A stretch of DNA of 64,000 nt. Source: the human T2T-CHM13v2.0 reference genome, Homo sapiens. The DNA lies in assembly GCF_009914755.1 (NCBI RefSeq), contig NC_060929.1; one strand, written 5' to 3'. The notes under the pieces were generated by a model. The model saw nothing but the letters and a program-made list of their open reading frames with translations. It was not told the origin of the DNA and did no database searches. Of this stretch, positions 59,001 to 64,000 are shown in pieces. Position numbers and translations under genes: made by a program. How positions within the stretch are numbered: position 1 is the stretch's first letter; each line of letters starts with the position of its first letter.

Positions 59001-59459
59001 AAGTCAATTATAACAATATACACAATGTGCATCCTCCTGCAGGGATGATAATTGGTCTTCCTAATAAGTCCCTGGAAAAATCCCAAATCTGTAGTCTGTG
59101 GGTGGACATGGTGACTGGTCTTCCTGCCATAGTGGGCAAGGAACGCCAATCAAATTCTTGGAGTATAGAGACGTTCAAGGTGGGAGACTGGGCTCAAACT
59201 CAAGTGAGAAAGGCAGATGCATTTGATGCCCTTCCCAATGTTAATCATTCTTCTCTTTATCAATCATAAAAACCCAACCTTGAGTATTTGCCCTCCACCT
59301 ACCTACCAAAAGGAAAGCCCAATTGCATAGAACCCAAATTCATTCCTCTCATTCATAAGGAAGGCTACTGTGAAACAATTTTTTTCACAATTAAGAAGCC
59401 CATGCTAGCTGTGTATATGAATCCTTATAATCATTATAATTCTCCCTTTGTAAATCAAG

Positions 59460-60360
59460 TAATTTGCCTGATAGAGCTTTTATTGAGTCCATGGGATGTG
59501 ATAAGCACTGATCAAATAATGAGATACACTGAGGTGAACAATCCAGACAAGGTCATTGGCATCATAAAGTTAACTCTCTTACAGAGAATACAAATGGTAA
59601 ATGAGCAAATAAAGAAAACTATTTAAACAAGCAAGTAAAGAAAAATACAGATTATGGTAAGTGATACAAAAGTTTAAAAGTCAGGTGAGGCGCTAGAAGG
59701 TAATAAGAGAGTCCCTTTATAAAGGAAAATCAAAAGACCTCCTGTAACAATGTGAGATTTCAGTAGAAAACTGAAAGAGGAGAATGAGCCAAACATGTGG
59801 AAAGTTACAGAAAAGAACATTTCAGGCAGAGGGACAGTCATAAAAAGGGGGCCTGGATACATAGTTGGGAGGAGGGCAGCATCTTTCAGAAAAACAAAGG
59901 AAGCCAGTGCGCCTGGAGCATAATGAGAAAGGTGACGATTGATTAAGGTGAGGCAGTGTCCATGTCAAGAAAAGCTTTGAAGAACATAGTAGAGCCTGGA
60001 TTCTTTTTCTGACTCATGAGATAGCATTAAAGGTTTTACTCAGAAGGATGGCATCATCAGCTTTACTTCTCAAACAATCACTACATTAGCTCTGAGGAAA
60101 ATAATTGAATAAGGGCAAAGTGGAAGAAGAGAGACCAATAAATGGTCTCTGGTGGTAGTCTAGGCAAGAATGATGTCATCTCAGACTAGGTAGAGGCTTT
60201 GGGTATGATTCCTGGGTTTTTGGTTTGAGCAACAGAAGGATGGTGGTGATATTTAGTGAGATAGGAAATATTAGGGAGGAATAGGATTTAGTGGGAGGTA
60301 ATCAAATTTTACTATCTAATATGATATGTTTGAGATGTGTAATGGTATGTTTGAAGGTGT
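59460..60360 (-). mobile_element. L2 LINE 3' region
   Basis: TTTATTGAGTCC...AAGAACATTTCAGGCAGAGGGACAG...GGAAGCCAGTGCGCCTGGAGCA...GATTCCTGGGTTTTTGGTTTGAGCAAC. Confidence 0.8.
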
Positions 60361-60689
60361 TAAAGATGTTGTCTTTTTCAGTGAGAGATCAATGTTTGAC
60401 TATAATAATAAAATATGCTTACATTTTCAACATTTGATAACAATTCAAGGGTAACCAATAAAATTTTAGATATATAATTTATAAATTCCAGGTAACCAGA
60501 AGAAGAAAAGAGTTAATAAAATGCCAGAGAAATATAAACAAAAGGGAACGTGTAAAAAAAAAAATAAAATCCTACTAGAAACATAAAATAAGGTGGTGGG
60601 ATATATCCAAATGTCTCAATAAATTTAATACCTGCCAGATCACCCATTAACTATATCTTCTTGGAGAGTGCAGGGAATACTCCTGTCAC

Positions 60690-62400
60690 CTAGGGTTTGA
60701 GAAATGCGTCGGTGAGAAGAGCACTGCTCTGCAGTGGCTTCTCTGGAGGCCAGAAATGACAGCAAAAAGTACTGCTATAAAAACGGGTTCTCTGAACTGA
60801 ATAGAATCTATGAGATCCTATATTTCAGGGATCAAATGCAAGCATTAAATGGCCAAAGACAACATGTGCATGGTTACCTTGATGGGCAGCAGACTCAAAG
60901 CAGTAATAGAAAACGGTCTGACCCACAGGGATCTTTGGCATTGGCTAATTAATCATGCAGACCCTATGGCTAAAATAAATATATAGCCTAGTAACATTAT
61001 AGTTGGTATATATCAATAAATGGCCCTAGGTTTGGTGAACAGAAGTTCGACTTGAATTGCTCAATATGGAGTTATGGCCCATTTACATCCCCAGATCCTC
61101 TTTACTTAGGCAGTGCTGGGTGTATTTGAGAATTATACTGCCCAAAACTTATGCCCTAAATTTCCTCCAGCTTTCCTCAAAAGAACTTGTGATCATCCAA
61201 AAGAATTATTGTTGATGGGAGAAGGGAAAATAATCAGATTTTTCAGAGATTATTGATCACTGGCTCTGAGCAGTGGTTTATGGAGAGCAGCGGGTTAATG
61301 GGGTTTTAGCGTGAGTCCATCTCACAGTTGGCTTGGTAATCCCTCAAACTCATGCTGTGATTATTTTCTCAACCCTTCTGGGCATAATTGGAATAGGCAT
61401 ACTCTCAGAGCAAAGTTTAAGTGGAGACCTCTAGAGCTTCCTTTGTCAAAATGATAATTCAAAATCAATACTGCATTTCTTAAGGAATTACAAAGATTAG
61501 TGCCACCAAAATGTGCTTGAAAGATATCAGAGTGGTGATGCTACTGCATTCCGATTTAACTAACCTATTTAGCTTGCATAGAAAACAAATGAATTTTGGA
61601 GAATAACAGTAGATTACATTAACTTGATCAGATGGTGACTACAATTGCAGCTGTTGATCCAGCTGTTTTTTCCTTACCAACGGAAATCAACAAATCTTCT
61701 GTCACCTGATATGTAGTTTTGATCTGTTGAATGTTTTTCCGCCCTCTATATCTTTTAGTAAATACTGCCAAAAGAGGTGATTTAACTGGCAGATTTAGCT
61801 TTAAAGTTTTCACTTTCATTATCTTACTTCAGGGCGGTTTCCACTCTCCAGCCTTATGACATAATCTTCATAATTGTTTCTTCATTTCATAGAATATCAT
61901 GTTGATTGATAATATTATAATATGAATATTTTGCTTATTGGGCCTGGTGAATAGCAAGTATCAACCACTCTAGATACCTTGGCAAGACAAATGCTTATCA
62001 AAGGATAAGTAAATCCTACCAAAATTTAGGGACCTGTAATCTTGCTATTAGGGGCTCAGTGGTCTGCAGGAGGCTGAGATATTATTTTTAAGATGAAGCA
62101 TAAATTACTGGATCTGGCCTATTATACCACTAAGAAAGAAGTACAATACCAAGTGATAGTCTTTGAATATTGGGTATGATAGTCATTGTTTTTTGAAGAA
62201 CACAAAAGAATGTCATTTTTAAGTGGTCCTGCAATAAGAGAAGGCTCTCCAACAGATCCAGGCTGCCATGCCAGATGCTCTTCCTCTTGAGACATATGTT
62301 GCATTAGATCTGATGCTGCTGAAGTATTTATGGCAGATAAGGAGTCTATAGGAAGATTTTGGAAAGTCTCTATAATGGATCACAGCACAGAAATTTATGT
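60690..62400 (+). mobile_element. Decayed ERVL internal region (gag end, protease, RT)
   Basis: TTATTGATCACTGGCTCTGAG (decayed LLDTGSE), TGGAGAATAACAGTAGATTAC (WRITVDY), TCTCCAGCCTTATGACATAAT (SPAL*HN), AAGGCTCTCCAACAGATCCAGGCTGCC (KALQQIQAA). Many stops and frameshifts. Confidence 0.8.
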
Positions 62401-62574
62401 AAGTCAGATTCATTCCTTATGACCTCAGTCTTTCTACAAGGGCTCATTGACAAAGTATTAATAAATGAAACAACTGGTTGACAGTCAGTTAAGTTGAGTT
62501 GCTGCCACACAATGCAGTCTTAAAAATGATCTATCAAATTTTTACTCCAGAAATACATCAAATGTGATTGTAAT

Positions 62575-62800
62575 AAATGATTCTTTTTTTGTATAGTGCT
62601 GAATTATGTTTGTAATCTTTCATTTAGGATATTTGCATCTCTGTTCATGAGATATGTCAGCTTTTAATTTTGCCTTTTTATAATATATTTTTCAAAGTTA
62701 AAATTAATTTGGCCTAAAAATACAAGATAAAAAGCGTCCTCTCTTTTTCTATTCTTTGTAAAAGCTTGTGAAAACTAGTGCTATTTCTTCATTAAATGTA
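62575..62800 (-). mobile_element. Ancient L1M ORF2 fragment
   Basis: TTTAGGATATTTGCATCTCTGTTCATGAG is antisense L1 ORF2-like. Confidence 0.5.
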
Positions 62801-62808
62801 AGTAAGAT

Positions 62809-63929
<1,121 letters not shown>

Positions 63930-64000
63930 AAGTCATCAGATAATCTATCTGTGCCAAGAGTTTTATTTAAGGTAAAGTATTCAATTATAGATTTATTTCA

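Overview
This is AT-rich, CpG-depleted great-ape (probably human) non-coding DNA, either intronic or intergenic. I found no host protein-coding exon, RNA gene, CpG island or prokaryote-type system (CRISPR, defence or operon). Much of the window is recognisable transposable-element sequence. L1s range from L1ME/L1MC/L1MA/L1PB/L1PA7 to a young 5'-truncated L1PA2-like copy with about 960 open ORF2 codons. There are also about 12 Alus, MIR and L2 relics, LTRs (MER74, MER52, MER67-like, MLT1, MST, THE1) and a decayed ERVL gag-pro-pol segment. DNA-transposon fossils include Ricksha/MuDR, MER5, MER33, MER63, MER94 and a Zaphod/MER115-like hAT. The best non-TE signal is a near-perfect 127-nt inverted repeat at 29503-29629 (49 core pairs), a candidate template-switch-born hairpin or de novo miRNA, in a unique block that also has tandem octamers and a CRE. 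Other notable structures are a three-level ERV/MuDR/LTR nest, two Alus inserted at the same target site, and an L1 5' junction with a short sense-strand L1 patch. Repeat subfamily names come from remembered consensus sequences and need RepeatMasker/Dfam confirmation.
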